Source: Octopus vulgaris
Taxonomy: Eukaryota
Reading direction: 5' to 3'
Assembly (NCBI GenBank): GCA_951406725.2
Contig: OX597816.1
Location: 33,418,001 to 33,482,000 of the forward strand
DNA length: 64,000 nt
The position numbers and the translations under genes are program-made. Shown piece after piece: positions 1 to 13,539 of this stretch. The notes beneath the pieces were generated by a model. That model ran no database searches, was not told where the DNA came from, and was given only the letters and a program-made list of their open reading frames with translations. The number at the start of each line of letters is the position of its first letter. Position 1 is the first letter of the stretch.

Positions 1-382
1 GAGCACCACATTCATTCGATCAAATCGACCCCAGGGCTTATTCTTTGTAAACCTGGTACTTACTCTACCGGTCTCTTATGCCGAACCGCTAAGTAACGGG
101 GAAGCAAACACACAAACATCGATTGTCAAGCGATGGTGGTGGAGGAATCAAATGCACACACACAAACACAAAAAACACAAAAAACACAAATACACACACA
201 CAAAAACAAACACACATATAAATACGACAGGCTTCTTTCAGTTATTGTCTACCGAATCTACTCACAAGGATTTTGTCGGCCCGAGGCTACAGTAGAAGAC
301 ACTTGTCCAAGGTGCCACCCAGTGGGACGGAACCTGGGACCATGTGGTTGGTTAGCAAACTACTTACAACATAGCCACTCCT
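1..382 (-). mobile_element. tRNA-derived SINE family A (internal CA/TA microsatellite)
   Basis: Minus-strand head AGGAGTGGCTATGTTGTAAG...GGTTCCGTCCCA followed by CCTTGGACAAGTGTCTTC. Homologous copies at ~1030-1330, 3540-3750, 6630-6840, 7795-8120, 33540-34160, 46970-47330, 50118-50250 and 55960-56580. Confidence 0.85.
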
Positions 383-811
383 AATAACTCCACTGCTCTA
401 TAAATTAGTGTGCTTCTGTTTCGGATTTACGATTTACTGACGATATATATTATGTACATAAATTATTCTTGAAGGAGAATTTTGATGACAGTTTCAGCCA
501 TTTAAGACATCGTCGGACATGATGCGCATTTGAGCGCATGCTCTCAAACACCATGTTGTTTTAAAATGTCAATATTTTACGGCATAATATAGAAACTTTT
601 GAAGCTTTCCATATGCCTTAAGTGTTACACCTTCATGTATTTACACGCATGACAATTTATGCATGGCCATCACAACAAGTCCTATCACCTGATACTGTTC
701 GATTATAAATATTGCCATTCATACTGTTACCATTCGAAGTACGATTAATACGATGTAGATATTTCATGTCTTTATACTCAACACCACATTGTGCAACTAT
801 ACCTGTTGGTC

Positions 812-813
812 TG

Positions 814-907
<94 letters not shown>

Positions 908-916
908 CATCCATCC

Positions 917-950
<34 letters not shown>

Positions 951-1020
951 ATATCTATCTATCTATCTATCTACCTATCTATCTACCTATCTACCTATCT
1001 CTCTCTATATATATATATAT
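812..1020. repeat. (ATCT)n microsatellite
   Basis: Direct reading. A similar tract is at 48008-48226. Confidence 0.97.
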
Positions 1021-1064
1021 GATTGATTCTAGTTTCAGCTCATGAGCTGTGGCCATGCTGGGGC

Positions 1065-1112
<48 letters not shown>

Positions 1113-1122
1113 GAACACATAT

Positions 1123-1198
<76 letters not shown>

Positions 1199-1548
1199 GA
1201 CAGGCTTCTTTCGGCTTCTGTCTTCCAAATTCCCTCACTAGGCTTTGGTCGCCCGAATCTATAGGAAAAGTCACTTGCCCAAGGTACCAAGCATTGAAAG
1301 TAGGCATCGAACCATCTGGTTGGGAACCAGAAACGCAACGCTAACGCTCTTATTCAATTGTAGTCCGTCATTCGATCATTTATAAATTGAGTTAAATCAA
1401 TAAATATATGCAGACCACGTGTAAGCATATATTTATGGAGCAATTGTGCATTTTTGTCATTAAGTGTCCGTGATTATATATAAATGTCTACGTAGACATG
1501 TACTCATAATTATGCGTGTGTGTGTATCTACATGTTTATATATGCCTT

Positions 1549-1596
<48 letters not shown>

Positions 1597-1795
1597 CTTG
1601 TATATATATATATGATTTTTCTGAAATTGATGTACCATACACCAATTATAATTTTTCTGCAGTTTCTGAAAATCCATCTATCGATTTTGCCTTGCTTGCA
1701 TTAAATCATAATGGTTATATTTTTTTATTGATGAGGATGCAGTTATTTGCTTATGATGATAACGGCCATGAAGAGGTGATGTCAATAATGACATC

Positions 1796-1837
<42 letters not shown>

Positions 1838-2307
1838 AATAATAATAATAATAACACTAATAGTAATAACATCGATGATGATGATGATGATGATGATGAT
1901 GGTGATGATTATTTGCTCATTAACTCCAAGGACTCGAACAGATAGAGCAAAAATAAAATGAACCATTAAACAAGTGGCTTACAAAATCGTGTTGAATTAC
2001 ACGAGACGACGTGAGGAGTGAGCCACGTTATACAATTTATAATTGGATGAATTTGAATAAAAATAATTATAAAGCACCAATAGTCAAACGGTGTAGATAC
2101 TAAAATACAATACAGCATGGAATTAGTCTAACAGAATGAAGAGTACCACAATGTATTTTGTTCGACTCTTTCATGGCTGTGCACATCCACCGTGCTTATA
2201 AAATGTTTCAAGTACATTTTACCTTATCAATCTCGAAAGGACGAAAGGCAGAGTTAATTTCGGTGGGATTTACTGTTTGAAACGTAAAATTCCAGAATAC
2301 ATTTTTC

Positions 2308-2724
2308 GGATCTTTTCGGTTTGAACGGCAGTTTTTAACATAATTTCTAGGTAACTAAAAAAATTTTAAACTACGTATACTGGTAGAATGTGTTTATAAA
2401 ACATATTTTTCTCTTGGCTTTATTGAGAAAATTCTATAGTTTGTAAGATATTTGTTGTTGTTTTTCTTCAATTTCTGCAATTTCAACCAATCAGTGACGT
2501 CCATTGAGGTAAATAACATTCTGTGCCGTATAAATGTGTCCCTCGTTTAAGAAAAAGATTGGTTTATTTACATTTGTGAAGAAAAAAATATATCCTTCCC
2601 CCACACCTAACCCTAACCTTAAAATAGATTGAAATGCAATAGATCGATACTAGGGTTATAATTATGGGTGACAATTTCATATGACACCGCTAGAAAAAAT
2701 CTGCCATTCAAACCGAAAAGATCC
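2308..2724 (+). mobile_element. Non-autonomous DNA transposon (MITE) with ~29-bp TIRs, 8-bp TSD and internal CCCTAA repeats
   Basis: TIRs GGATCTTTTCGGTTTGAACGGCAGTTTTT / AAAATCTGCCATTCAAACCGAAAAGATCC. Flanks CATTTTTC / CATATTTC (8 bp, 1 mismatch). A second copy is at 53788-54200. Confidence 0.9.
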
Positions 2725-3257
2725 CATATTTCTAATCCTTAATTGAGTTTGCTATTTCGTCTCTCATAATAGTATCTGATACAGCTACGAAACATGTAAA
2801 AGTGTTCGCCGATAACACGGACGTCGGTACTTGATCTTTACATTACACTATCAACCTTAACGAATAAAGTTAAAAAATGAAAAGCAAATTTCACATCGGT
2901 GATATTTGAAGCCAGTACTTGGAACCCGAAACGAATATGGTGATGGTGGCTCCAGATTTTTGTTACGAGACTAACAATTTCGGGAAAGGAGATAGCTTGA
3001 GTGCCTCATCCGCTGTGCTGAACTGGTACTTATTCTGTATAACACCAAAAGGATGAAAAGCAAAGTCGAAAAGTTGACCTCGGTGGAAGTTCAACTCAGA
3101 ACGTAAAGACGGCCAAAATGCGGCAACGCAATTTGTTTGGCGTGCTAAAGATATTCCCAGATTTATTAATCAACCGGTAACAACTGCATATGTTAGACTT
3201 ACATATGAGTGAATATATATATATATATACGTATATATATCGTGTATATATATATAT

Positions 3258-3302
<45 letters not shown>

Positions 3303-3436
3303 CATGTATGTATATATATCGTATATATTATCGTAAATATATATATATATCGTATATATAATCGTAAATATATATATATATATATGCATGTATCTATATA
3401 TATAAATATATAAACATATGCATATATATATGTATA

Positions 3437-3494
<58 letters not shown>

Positions 3495-3748
3495 TAGATA
3501 GATAGATATATACAGATATATATGTGTGTGTGTATTGTAGTTTCAGCTCGGAGCTGTGGCCATGCTGCAGCAGCGCAGTTTTGCTACACTTTTACATATA
3601 TATATATATATAATCGACACACAAGGCTTTGGTTGACCCGGAACTATAGCAGATGACATGACACTTGGCCAACTTGCTACGCAGTTGGGCTTAACTTGGA
3701 ACAATGTGGTTGGGAATAAAGCTTCTTACCACACAGCCAAGTCTGTGC

Positions 3749-3830
<82 letters not shown>

Positions 3831-5114
3831 ATTCCTTTGCTTGTAGACATGTGATGTTCAGTATATGCATTCCAATTTTCAAAAGCAATCATTTACGTTT
3901 GATATATAGAAAGAAACACTCGTGGATTCCAAACACGACAGTTGTTAGAAATTTATTGGTTCCGAATCGAAACTGTTTGTAAATAACTCTCATTTAATAA
4001 TATGGCAAGAGACCATTTTACAGAAAGCGCCGCTAAAGCCTTCCTTTATTCTCCGACCTGTTTATCTTTTAAACTCAGCAGCATATAAATTGCATTCGTC
4101 ATGATGGCTCTTGGGGAATATATGCATTTTTCTCATTTTTTTTTTATCAAACATATGTCTTAAAAAAGGAAATCAATTAGTTGGTCTGAACAGAATAAAG
4201 TGTTTTAATTTATAATGACTACATGTTAAGCCTCTATTTAAAAGAGAAAGCCCTTTTATGTCCTCTGAACACTCAATAGGATAAAGATATGACAGCTAAT
4301 GGTCAGAACAATATATCAAGTCCTGTGATAAACCATGCCGGTAATGGTATGATATATAGCAGTGTCTAGCAAACGAAGTTTTTACTTGGGCTGTATTTCA
4401 TGTTTGTTATCTATGAATTGGCTTTTGTTCGCAATGTGTTTAAATGGTTAACCCATAATTATTAATGGCTTCTCCTCTGTAGTATTCGTTTATATATTTT
4501 CTCATTTGCATTCCAGTATTTATAAGCTTGCTTCGGAAGATTTCCAGACACACGCTCGAATCCATGCACACGCGCGCGCGCATACATACACATTTATAAA
4601 GTTAAGAAGATCAAATCGATCATGGTAAAACGTTCGGTTCGTTCCTGAGCATAAAAAAGGCTTGCTTAGAAAACCAAATGAAATCATAATTGATCAATAA
4701 ATTTACTAGTCAATGTATCAAATACAAGTCCCGGATGAATACGCATTTCATATGAAACGGATTTGATGTTTCGTAACATGGATTCCATACACTTTTGAAA
4801 CATATGTAGTTTGTAACATCTTTATCCATTACTTTTACTTTCACTCGTTCGCATGCACTCAAGCTCGCATTCACGCTCGAACACACGCACGCACGCATTC
4901 ATGTATAGGTGAAGCGGAAGTGAACACGCAGAAATTAACACTGCTCATTTACAAAATGTTCGCGGCACACTGTGCAATATAACATTAACGGTAAGCATTG
5001 TTTTAAAGGTTATCGGTAACATTTTTAAAGATCACGTTAGCACTGTATATCTTGGAGAGGCAGAAAGAAAGATGCCATCTATTACCCCTTCGTACAGAGG
5101 GTAAAGCCACGGGC

Positions 5115-5425
5115 GTTGGGAGTGTTTATTGAGCGAAAACACCTAAAGCTCCACGAGGCTCCGGCAGGGGATGGTGGTGATCCCTGCTGTAGTCTTTCAC
5201 CACAACTTTCTCTCACTCTTACTTCCTGTTTCTGTTGTACCTGTATTTCAAAGAGCCGGCCTTGTCACTCTCTGTGTCACGCTGAATATCCTCGAGAACT
5301 ACGTTAAGGTTACACGTGTCTGTGGAGTGCTCAGCCACTTATACGTTAATTTCACGAGCAGGCTGTTTCGTTGGTCGGATCAACCGGAACCCTCATCGTC
5401 GTAACCGACGGAGTGCTTCCATCCC
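5115..5425 (+). mobile_element. Headless SINE copy sharing the middle module of 23165-23472 but with a different tail
   Basis: GTGTTTATTGAGCGAAAACACCTAAAGCTCCACGAGGCTCCGGCAG...ACAACTTTCTCTCACTCTT. The tail resembles ~21470-21600. Confidence 0.7.
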
Positions 5426-5575
5426 ATCCAAAGCCACGAAATCCTAGTAACGTACGTGATTCATTTATCAGCTTACTTATTTTATCTTCTTACTTGTTTC
5501 AGTTATTGCACTGTGGTTATGGTGAGGTACAGAGACGCACAAACTCGATCACACACAAAGACACACACACACACA

Positions 5576-5621
<46 letters not shown>

Positions 5622-5713
5622 ATCTGTACGTTCACTGACAAATGTCAGTTGAACGCTCTCGCAGATAGATGTTAAGCATTTTATAAATTACGGTGTTAAA
5701 ATCTTACGTTTCT

Positions 5714-5745
<32 letters not shown>

Positions 5746-5749
<4 letters not shown>

Positions 5750-5935
5750 GTAGAATTCACGAAAAAAAAAGAAAAGACGAAGACAAGTGATGTAGAAAAC
5801 AAACAGATGTATTAGTATAACGTTCGGGAATTGAAAAAGTCTTTTACATTTCGAGCTTCCGCTCTTCCACAGGAAGGAACACATGAAGAAAGAAGGAGAG
5901 AAAAAATGTGTGTAGTGAATACTAATCTATCATGG
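5746..5935 (-). mobile_element. Penelope-like terminal (pLTR) relic with decayed hammerhead at 5841-5876
   Basis: Minus strand reads CTTC-CTGTGGA-A-GAGC-GGAA-GCTC-GAAA-TG-TA-AAAG. It abuts (TA)n and resembles 52060-52245. Confidence 0.45.
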
Positions 5936-5979
5936 TGAAAGCCGTACAGAAGGGTCACACACACATACACATACATATG

Positions 5980-6024
<45 letters not shown>

Positions 6025-6072
6025 ATATATATATATATGGATCATATATGTACACACATATAATACATATAT

Positions 6073-6305
6073 ATTTCTTTACTACCCACAAGGGGCTAAA
6101 CACAGAGGGGACAAACAAGGACAGACAAAAGGATTAAGTCGATTACATCGACCCCAGTGCGTAACTGGCACTTAATTTATCGACCCCGAAAGGTTGAAAG
6201 GCAAAGTCGACCTCGGCGGAATTTGAACTCGGAACGTAACGACAGACGAAATACGGCTACGCAGGTCGCCCGGCGTTCTAACGTTTCTGCCAGTTCGCCG
6301 CCTTA
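6073..6305 (-). mobile_element. SINE family B (contains GCCTTTCATCCTTTCGGGGTCGATAAA, Meta/MESC-like central domain)
   Basis: Near full-length copy. Homologues at ~2210-2290, 2980-3160, 8745-8955, 14580-14805, 23490-23695, 23800-23990, 25263-25415, 36835-37064, 44617-45000, 47400-47560, 56122-56350 and 58580-58740. The domain name is from memory. Confidence 0.85.
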
Positions 6306-7124
6306 TTTTGGAGATATATATATATATATATAATACATATATACATGCATAACACACACATGTCCTTCACACAAAGGCATGCCGATGGATATACATTGAA
6401 TTAGAAAGTAGAATCATAGATATTTGTATTCACTTACCTTAAAAGCTCGTCTTATTTCCCTTTCTACTTCGTAATGGCTAAGTCCGGAAGGTGCTCGAAG
6501 AATTCTGTAAGTTAACTCCCTTGTTTTCCATTTACTTCCTAGAAGTAAAAATGAAAATTATAAATATTTACATAATCGAGAATGAAAGCGTGATTCGTTT
6601 AATGAGTACGTTTTATTTTTTGTGTTTTACTTCTTTAACTCATTGGTCTGCGGCTATGCTGGAGTAGCACATAGAAGGGTTTAAGCAGGTAAATCAATCT
6701 CAGTACTTATTTTTTAAGCATGGTATTTATTCATTCGGGTTTCGTTTTGCCAATCCGTTAAGTCACGCGAAGGTAAACATACCGGCACTGATTTTCAAAA
6801 GCGGTTGGTGGGCAGAAACAAACACAGACACACATAGATATATACACACACAGATAATATATACACATTCTTACAAACAGACGCGTATATATAATATATA
6901 TATATATATTTACAGATTGAGATAGGGGTTGTAAATGCAACCCTCCATGGGTACTCTTTTATGTACACTTTTTTTATGTACATTCCTTTATGTACACTGA
7001 TTTGTTCTGCTTTTTTATGTTTAACCCTACAGTCTCTTATGTGGTGGTTTAATAAAGTATGTGATTGAGCATTATCTGGTAATTGATATTTGATTTAGAT
7101 GTATTTCTCCATTTTCTTATCTTG

Positions 7125-7182
<58 letters not shown>

Positions 7183-7186
<4 letters not shown>

Positions 7187-7364
7187 TTCTGTATTTAAGA
7201 GATGTGTAATTACGTACATTATTTACGTATGACGGATATTTGTCTTCATCTTGTCTGTTAACACAACGTTTCAACTGATATACCCTCCAGCCTTCATCAG
7301 GTGTCTTGGGGAAATTTCGAATCTGATTCTCATTCCTAAGGTATCTTTCGATGTTATTATTATT

Positions 7365-7399
<35 letters not shown>

Positions 7400-7422
7400 C
7401 ATTATTCAAGTCACTGCCTGGA
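7183..7422 (-). mobile_element. 5'-truncated inverted copy of the 7441-7737 element
   Basis: The reverse complement matches 7500-7737 (TCCAGGCAGTGACTTG...CATCGAAAGATACCTTAGGAAT...GACAAATATCCGTCA). Ends in (TA)n at 7126-7182. Confidence 0.85.
7261..7304 (-). ncRNA. Minimal type I hammerhead motif (intact core)
   Basis: Minus strand reads ACAC-CTGATGA-A-GGCTG-GAGGGTATAT-CAGTT-GAAA-CG-TT-GTGT. Stem I ACAC/GTGT, stem II with G-U pairs, palindromic ACGT in place of stem III. Confidence 0.65.
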
Positions 7423-7440
7423 TATGCAGTCCGAATCCAC

Positions 7441-7532
7441 GGGCATATGGCGTAGTGGTTAAGAGTGCCGGCTGCTAACACCAAGATCCCGAGTTCGATT
7501 CCAGTCAGTGACTTGTATAATCATAATAATAG

Positions 7533-7578
<46 letters not shown>

Positions 7579-7737
7579 TACAACAACAACAACATCGAAA
7601 AATACCTTAGGAATAAGAACACAGACTTGAAATTTCCCCTAAGACACCTGATGAATGCTGGAGGGTATATCAGCCGAAGCGTTGTGTTAACAACAAACAA
7701 GATGAGGACAAATATCCGTCAAATGTAAATAATGTAC
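7441..7737 (+). mobile_element. tRNA-headed SINE-like element with (AAT)n linker and minimal hammerhead in its 3' part
   Basis: A box TGGCGTAGTGG at 7448-7458, B box GAGTTCGATTCC at 7491-7502, then (AAT)n. ACAC-CTGATGA-A-TGCTG..CAGCC-GAAG-CG-TT-GTGT at 7644-7687 has GAAA mutated to GAAG. Ends in (TA)n. Confidence 0.75.
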
Positions 7738-7739
7738 GC

Positions 7740-7796
<57 letters not shown>

Positions 7797-8459
7797 CGAC
7801 GTGCTTCTTTCAGTTTCTCTCTACTAAATTCTCTCACAAGTATTTATTAAGCTCGGGACATTAGTACAAGACACCCGCCCAATTTTCCACGCAGTGGAAT
7901 TGAACGCGGCACCGTTAGACAAGTGTCTGATGCTATAGCACCGCAATGACCAAAGCCTTTTGAATGGTTTTGGTAGACGGTTTCTGATACAAATCTCGTC
8001 GTATGTATGCGCGTGTGTATGTGTTTGCACCCAGCACTCTAAATAACCGTTGTTGGTTTGTTTGTGTTTCTTTAACATAGCGGTTCATCGAAATTGACTG
8101 ATAGAATAAGTACCAAACTTAATAATGAATACTGAGGGCCGACGGCGAATGATTGAAAGAAGTACAAGATACAGATAAAGCATATTGAAATTGAATTGAA
8201 ACAATAGCTCAAGAAATGGTTAACCACTTCAAACTACACAGAGTAGTAGCTTTCGTTTGCTGTCGGTAATAATAATGAATAATTGAATGATGATTGATCA
8301 TTCTTTAAATAGTAGAATATGTGAAACTAGATTGTGGACTGTCAAAAACTGAAATTTATTGGTTAAAAATATATGCTCCAGACATGTTTATGTTATGGCC
8401 ATACTGAAGCCGCGATATTAAGCCTTTGCTACTGCTGTTACCACCACCACCACCACCAT

Positions 8460-8524
<65 letters not shown>

Positions 8525-11500
8525 TTGATGCTGCTGTTGATGCTGATGATGATGATGATGATACCTCTCCTCCTGCTCCTACCATCACCACCACTACCAC
8601 AGCTGTTTAGAAATCTGTGTCCACTCATATGTATACAAATCAATTAATTGATTTAAATATTACGAGAAGAAAGTCAAAGAAATATTAACTATATGTCTGA
8701 TTAAATGATATTTTATTATTTTTGTCTAAGGTAGTAAATCATTTCTACTATAGGTACAACTACTGAAATTTAGGTTGGGGACGGGTTGTCGATTACATCA
8801 ATCCCATTACTTGATGGCACTTTTTTGATGGGCCCCGAAATGAGGAAACGCCGAGTCAATCTCGGCGGCAGTGGAACTAAGAACGTAAAGACGGACGAAA
8901 TGCGCTGAGCATTCTGCAAGGCATGCTAACGACTCTTTCAAGCTCGCTGCCTTCCTTAAGATAGTAAATAAAATGAGGTTATTTTTCACTTGGATGTAAT
9001 GTCAGAAGATCAATATCTATTGTGAAGAATCCATGCATTGTTGACTAATAAGTGATTTTAAATTAATATTTAGCTTACTTACTATAACTGGGATTTATGG
9101 AATTTTAAATCAAATGCAATATTTTATTGCAAATGTTTTTCCTTTGCAAAATTAAACACACGTTTGGTTCTCTACGTGTATTTCGTTGTTTACGTATAAA
9201 GTCTCGGAATCTTTTGGTGGAACAAACACATTGGGATTCCCTTATAGCCTCCAATTCGTCTACATAATTTTCACTTTTTTTTTTCGTCAGAATCATCTTT
9301 GGTATAAAATATACAGCTGCTTATTATAGTAGCTAATCGTGTACTGGTTAAAGTGTATTGTTGATGAAAGCAGTACGATCCACCCACCCTGATGTAATCC
9401 GTGTATCACATCGGTATATGTAAATAAGAGATAGAAAGATAAATAGACAGATTAGAGTGATAGATAGAGAGTGAGAGAGAGAGGGTAAGAGAGAGAGAGA
9501 GACAGACAGAAGGAAAGAAAATAGCCTTCACATAATGAGATTTATCAAGTGTTATTTAGAAAATCATATGAAGTGGAAGATGTAATCGCTTAAAAGTGGC
9601 AAATCAAATTATTTTCAGAGGATGCAATCATACTTGGGCGTCACAAATGTTGTATTCTAGTAATATGGATTCTATATGTTGAATGGGATACTTTGGAATA
9701 ACTTCCTATGGAGACAACTAAGCCTTGATGTTGATTAGATGCATACACTTTATAGTTACGTATTCATGGTTAATTTAACTTCAGATGGACTTGGGTGAAA
9801 AAGAAACACTGACAAAAATAAGTTGTTATTTATTCAAATATAAACCACATGAGGCACCACATAAATTAAGAGAACTGAAATAGGAATTAGTTTTCCTACT
9901 GTTTTCTATAAGTACTTAGAATGTCGTGAATCTAGTAATGCAGATTACAAAATAATAATATAAAACAATTGTTATTTTACAGTGCTGAAAACAATATTCG
10001 CAGCCAAATGTGTAAACTCCCAATAGAACGTCAATTAGCAGAAGACTTCAGATATAGAAAACTGACGTTGCTTCTGAATGAAATGGTTTAGGCCTTCATC
10101 CTCATAACATTTAGAATTAAATGGACTATTATATAGAGTTTTGTGCTTGTCTTTTAGATGTAGGTCAGGCCTGAGTAAGCAGACGTATGTTCAGAAGCCG
10201 GTTCTGAGCAAATGCTAACTGTAACCATTGCATCTTAGTGTCTGTTCATGACTACAAACTCCAATGTGACCCCTCTACTTCTAAGACTGCTTTAAACATA
10301 AGAGAAAAGCCTAGAACACAGTAAAACTTACAAGTTTATTTCTAATTCCTAAGACTAGTCTCATATATGAATAATCAAACTTCCAGACAAGCAAAAGTTT
10401 TTAAATTTTCAAAGAAAGGCAACAGATAAAATCGAATAAATGTCAGAAACTGAAATGATTGCAATAATAAAAGTTACATTGTAGATATTCCATTAATAAT
10501 TATTCAATTATTCCATGGCCTCCAGAAACTGTCTCATCATTCATCGTTCCTTGAGAAAAGTTGAAAAGTAATTACATGATTCTTTGATCTACTAAGATAC
10601 TGTGTTTGTGTTATGTAGCTCAAGACTTATACCAATATTGATTTTTATTTATCAACCACGTGTTCCGTTTTCAGAATGGACTGGTCTATAATAGATTGTA
10701 TGAGATCCAGTATATTTCAAGAACTGAATTCATTTCGCTCACCAATAAATTTCTCTCAATATATTGGTCACAATTTCATTCTTATTTTCAGTATATCAAT
10801 TTGACTGCTAATGCTAGATAATACCTGTGTTACATCTGGAGAGACGGTAGGATATAGGTAGAAACCAGCCTGATCCTGGGAGAAGTGGTTATTTCAATAG
10901 TGTTAGGTAATTCAAAATGAGGAGACATCACATCTATAGGGAAAAGGTTCAAATGACACCGTATCGATCAATCAGGTGGCCTCGGTTTGGATGCCGTATT
11001 TCTGGGGTTAGAATTATTTTTTCTGCAACAAATAACACTAAGATTGAAATAGTTTCAACTATCAACCTCTCTAGTATAAACAATTATTTGACAAGGGAGA
11101 TATTTGTTTATTCCAAAACAAATACACCATTCTCTATTTTCACTTTCAAACCTAATCTATATAGGATTACATTTCCCTATGTGTGTAATCAATGTATCCT
11201 CTCCTTTCAATGGAAATAAATCGTAATTTGTGGGAGATTCACAGGTAATTTACTTCGAAGAACATGGAGGAATCGTCAACAATATTTTTGGTGCGACAAT
11301 TTCCAAGTTATGTCCATCACCCGACCTACGCACATAATTTATCTTTTAACAAGCACCTCATATTTAGAGGTTATAGCTTTATGCAGTGAGGGCTTATATA
11401 ATTAATAAGTATACTGAAGGCGATGTAAACATATTGTGTTGTTTTAAGGTGTGGAGAACTATGATGATTTTGGCCGCAAACCTTTGGTAGAATGCTTATA

Positions 11501-12335
11501 ACACAGCTGCTAGAAGTGAAAATAAATGGTTTCGTTTTGTAGACAAGGAAGTGGCTGATAAGCATGGAATAGAATGAGTGGAACAGGATCCTTGTCTAGA
11601 TAATAAGATGACATGAGGGAAATACAAGGAAAACAGCAAAGTTTTATATTCTTTGTGCTTGAGAAACAGGCTGCAATAACGCACTAAGATGCATTATATT
11701 AGGCGCTCTACCAGTCGGGCACCCTTGCCAAGGAAAATATTAAATAGTGCAGATATGTATATATTTGTATGTTTATGATAGAAGGAAAAATAACATTGTG
11801 CTAGTTCGACAGAACGGAGTTTACTTTGTTTGAAAGAATAAAGAGGTGGCTGTCCTCGAAATAGTTCTTGTCAGATAAATAATGTATATTCATGTTGACG
11901 ACAAGATAGCAAAATAAGAGCGAATGTTTTGAAAAGTTAAAAACGAACAAGAGATATCAAAACATTACTACAATATTAATAACATTTCAAAACATTAGAA
12001 ATATAACAAACTTTTGTACTTATCATAATATCATTTGTTATACAGATAAGTCGGAGATCAAAATTGTTTACCGTGAAGTCAGATTTTAAGTTTCCAGAAA
12101 AATAGAAACGAGAAACTATTATTTTTAAAATCATTGACTACAGATGTTGGAAACTAAGAGAATACTGAGAACTAAATTATCTTGTTAGGTACGTTAGGAA
12201 TAGTTGTATTGTCACTGATAAGAAGAATAAAAATAAAAGTACGCTTTATTTTCACACAAACAAATCTATATGTAATCTATGTTCGTGTATATGTATCACA
12301 TATATTCTCTCTTTCTGTCTGTCTTTCAGTCTCTA

Positions 12336-12369
<34 letters not shown>

Positions 12370-12622
12370 GATAGATAGATTAATTGATTGATATAGGGAT
12401 GGATGGTGTGTGTAGGGTGAGTATGTATTAATGTTGTTTATATATGGCTGCGTACTTGTGATTGTGGATGTGTATATATGTATGTACTAATTATAGAAAC
12501 AGGGAAAGGATGCAACATAAATTGGGAGATAGATGGCCAGGTGTATTCTTTGTATAAGTGAACGTGAATAATTCGAATTAAAATCAATATTTGAATAATA
12601 TCTACATCATTGTTTTGCGTGC

Positions 12623-12875
12623 AGGTCTGAATAAAAATGAATTATTCTTGAATAATTGTTTTTAGTAACATATAAACGCTAGAACCCGAGATTATTGTAA
12701 AAGGAGACTGTAGCTTTATTTCAGGATATTGCCTGGTTAAATCTACTGTCTTATTTTTCCGAAAGGTTATTTAATGAAGTTAATTGTGTCCTCTGCTTCT
12801 GCTTCGACCTATATGTTTTTCTTCAGTCAGATATATCTGTAGAAAGGTAGGACTTCTATATAGAGATCAGAAAAT
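12623..12875 (+). repeat. ~250-bp local duplication (partner 14255-14510)
   Basis: GGTCTGAATAAAAATGAATT...CCTCTGCTTCTGCTTCGACCTAT...GACTTCTATATAGA is present at both sites with scattered substitutions. Confidence 0.9.
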
Positions 12876-13328
12876 GAATTATTGGTGATCCTTGCTGAAG
12901 TCTCCCAAACCGATAATAAATAATCAGATGCAGGCAGAGTAACAAGAATCAAAACAATGACAGATGTATTCGTTCTTAATATGTTCTGGCAGAGAGGAAC
13001 CTGAACATACTAATCGCCGGTGTATTTCGGCTACGGAAAACATCTCCATTTACAGCATCTGTGTTCCCAACAAGCACAATTTATTGACGTAAGGAAACGA
13101 AATTCAACAGTGGCTAGCACATTAACAGTCAATTAATATGACTTTGTTTTGACCTCCCTGTCCCGCCTGCATCTTATTATTATTATTATTATTATCATTA
13201 TTATTATTGTTGTTGTATTTCGGAATGGTCATTTTGCCAGTTTAGCCAATAAAAACACACGAACTATAAAATTTTGTGTTACTTTGCTTCAGTGTCATTT
13301 AATTTTTACATTAATCTTACTCTTATTT

Positions 13329-13374
13329 CGGCCAGAGTTCTTTCGTCACACTCCTGTGACCGCATCAGTGGTCC
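13329..13374 (-). ncRNA. Degenerate minimal type I hammerhead motif within a ~200-bp insert flanked by (TTA)n
   Basis: Minus strand reads GGACCA-CTGATGC-G-GTCACA-GGAG-TGTGAC-GAAA-GAAC-TC-TGGCCG. One core mismatch (CUGAUGC); 6-bp stem II. Confidence 0.55.
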
Positions 13375-13539
13375 TTTGCTTTCTTCTTTCTTATTTGTGT
13401 CTCTCCTTACTAACCGTCAGCCATTTTGTATTTCTATTGTATTATTTTTATTCTTATTTTTATTTTAATTTTTATTATTATTACTATTATTATTAGTAGT
13501 ATTATTAGTGTTGTTGTTGTTGTTATTATTATTATTATT

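Noticed and set aside
7441-7512. Bona fide tRNA gene
   Set aside because: A and B boxes are present but there is no pairing acceptor stem or poly-T terminator, and it continues into repeat body, so it is a SINE head. The same applies to the heads at ~23400-23470, 27630-27700 and 46085-46155.
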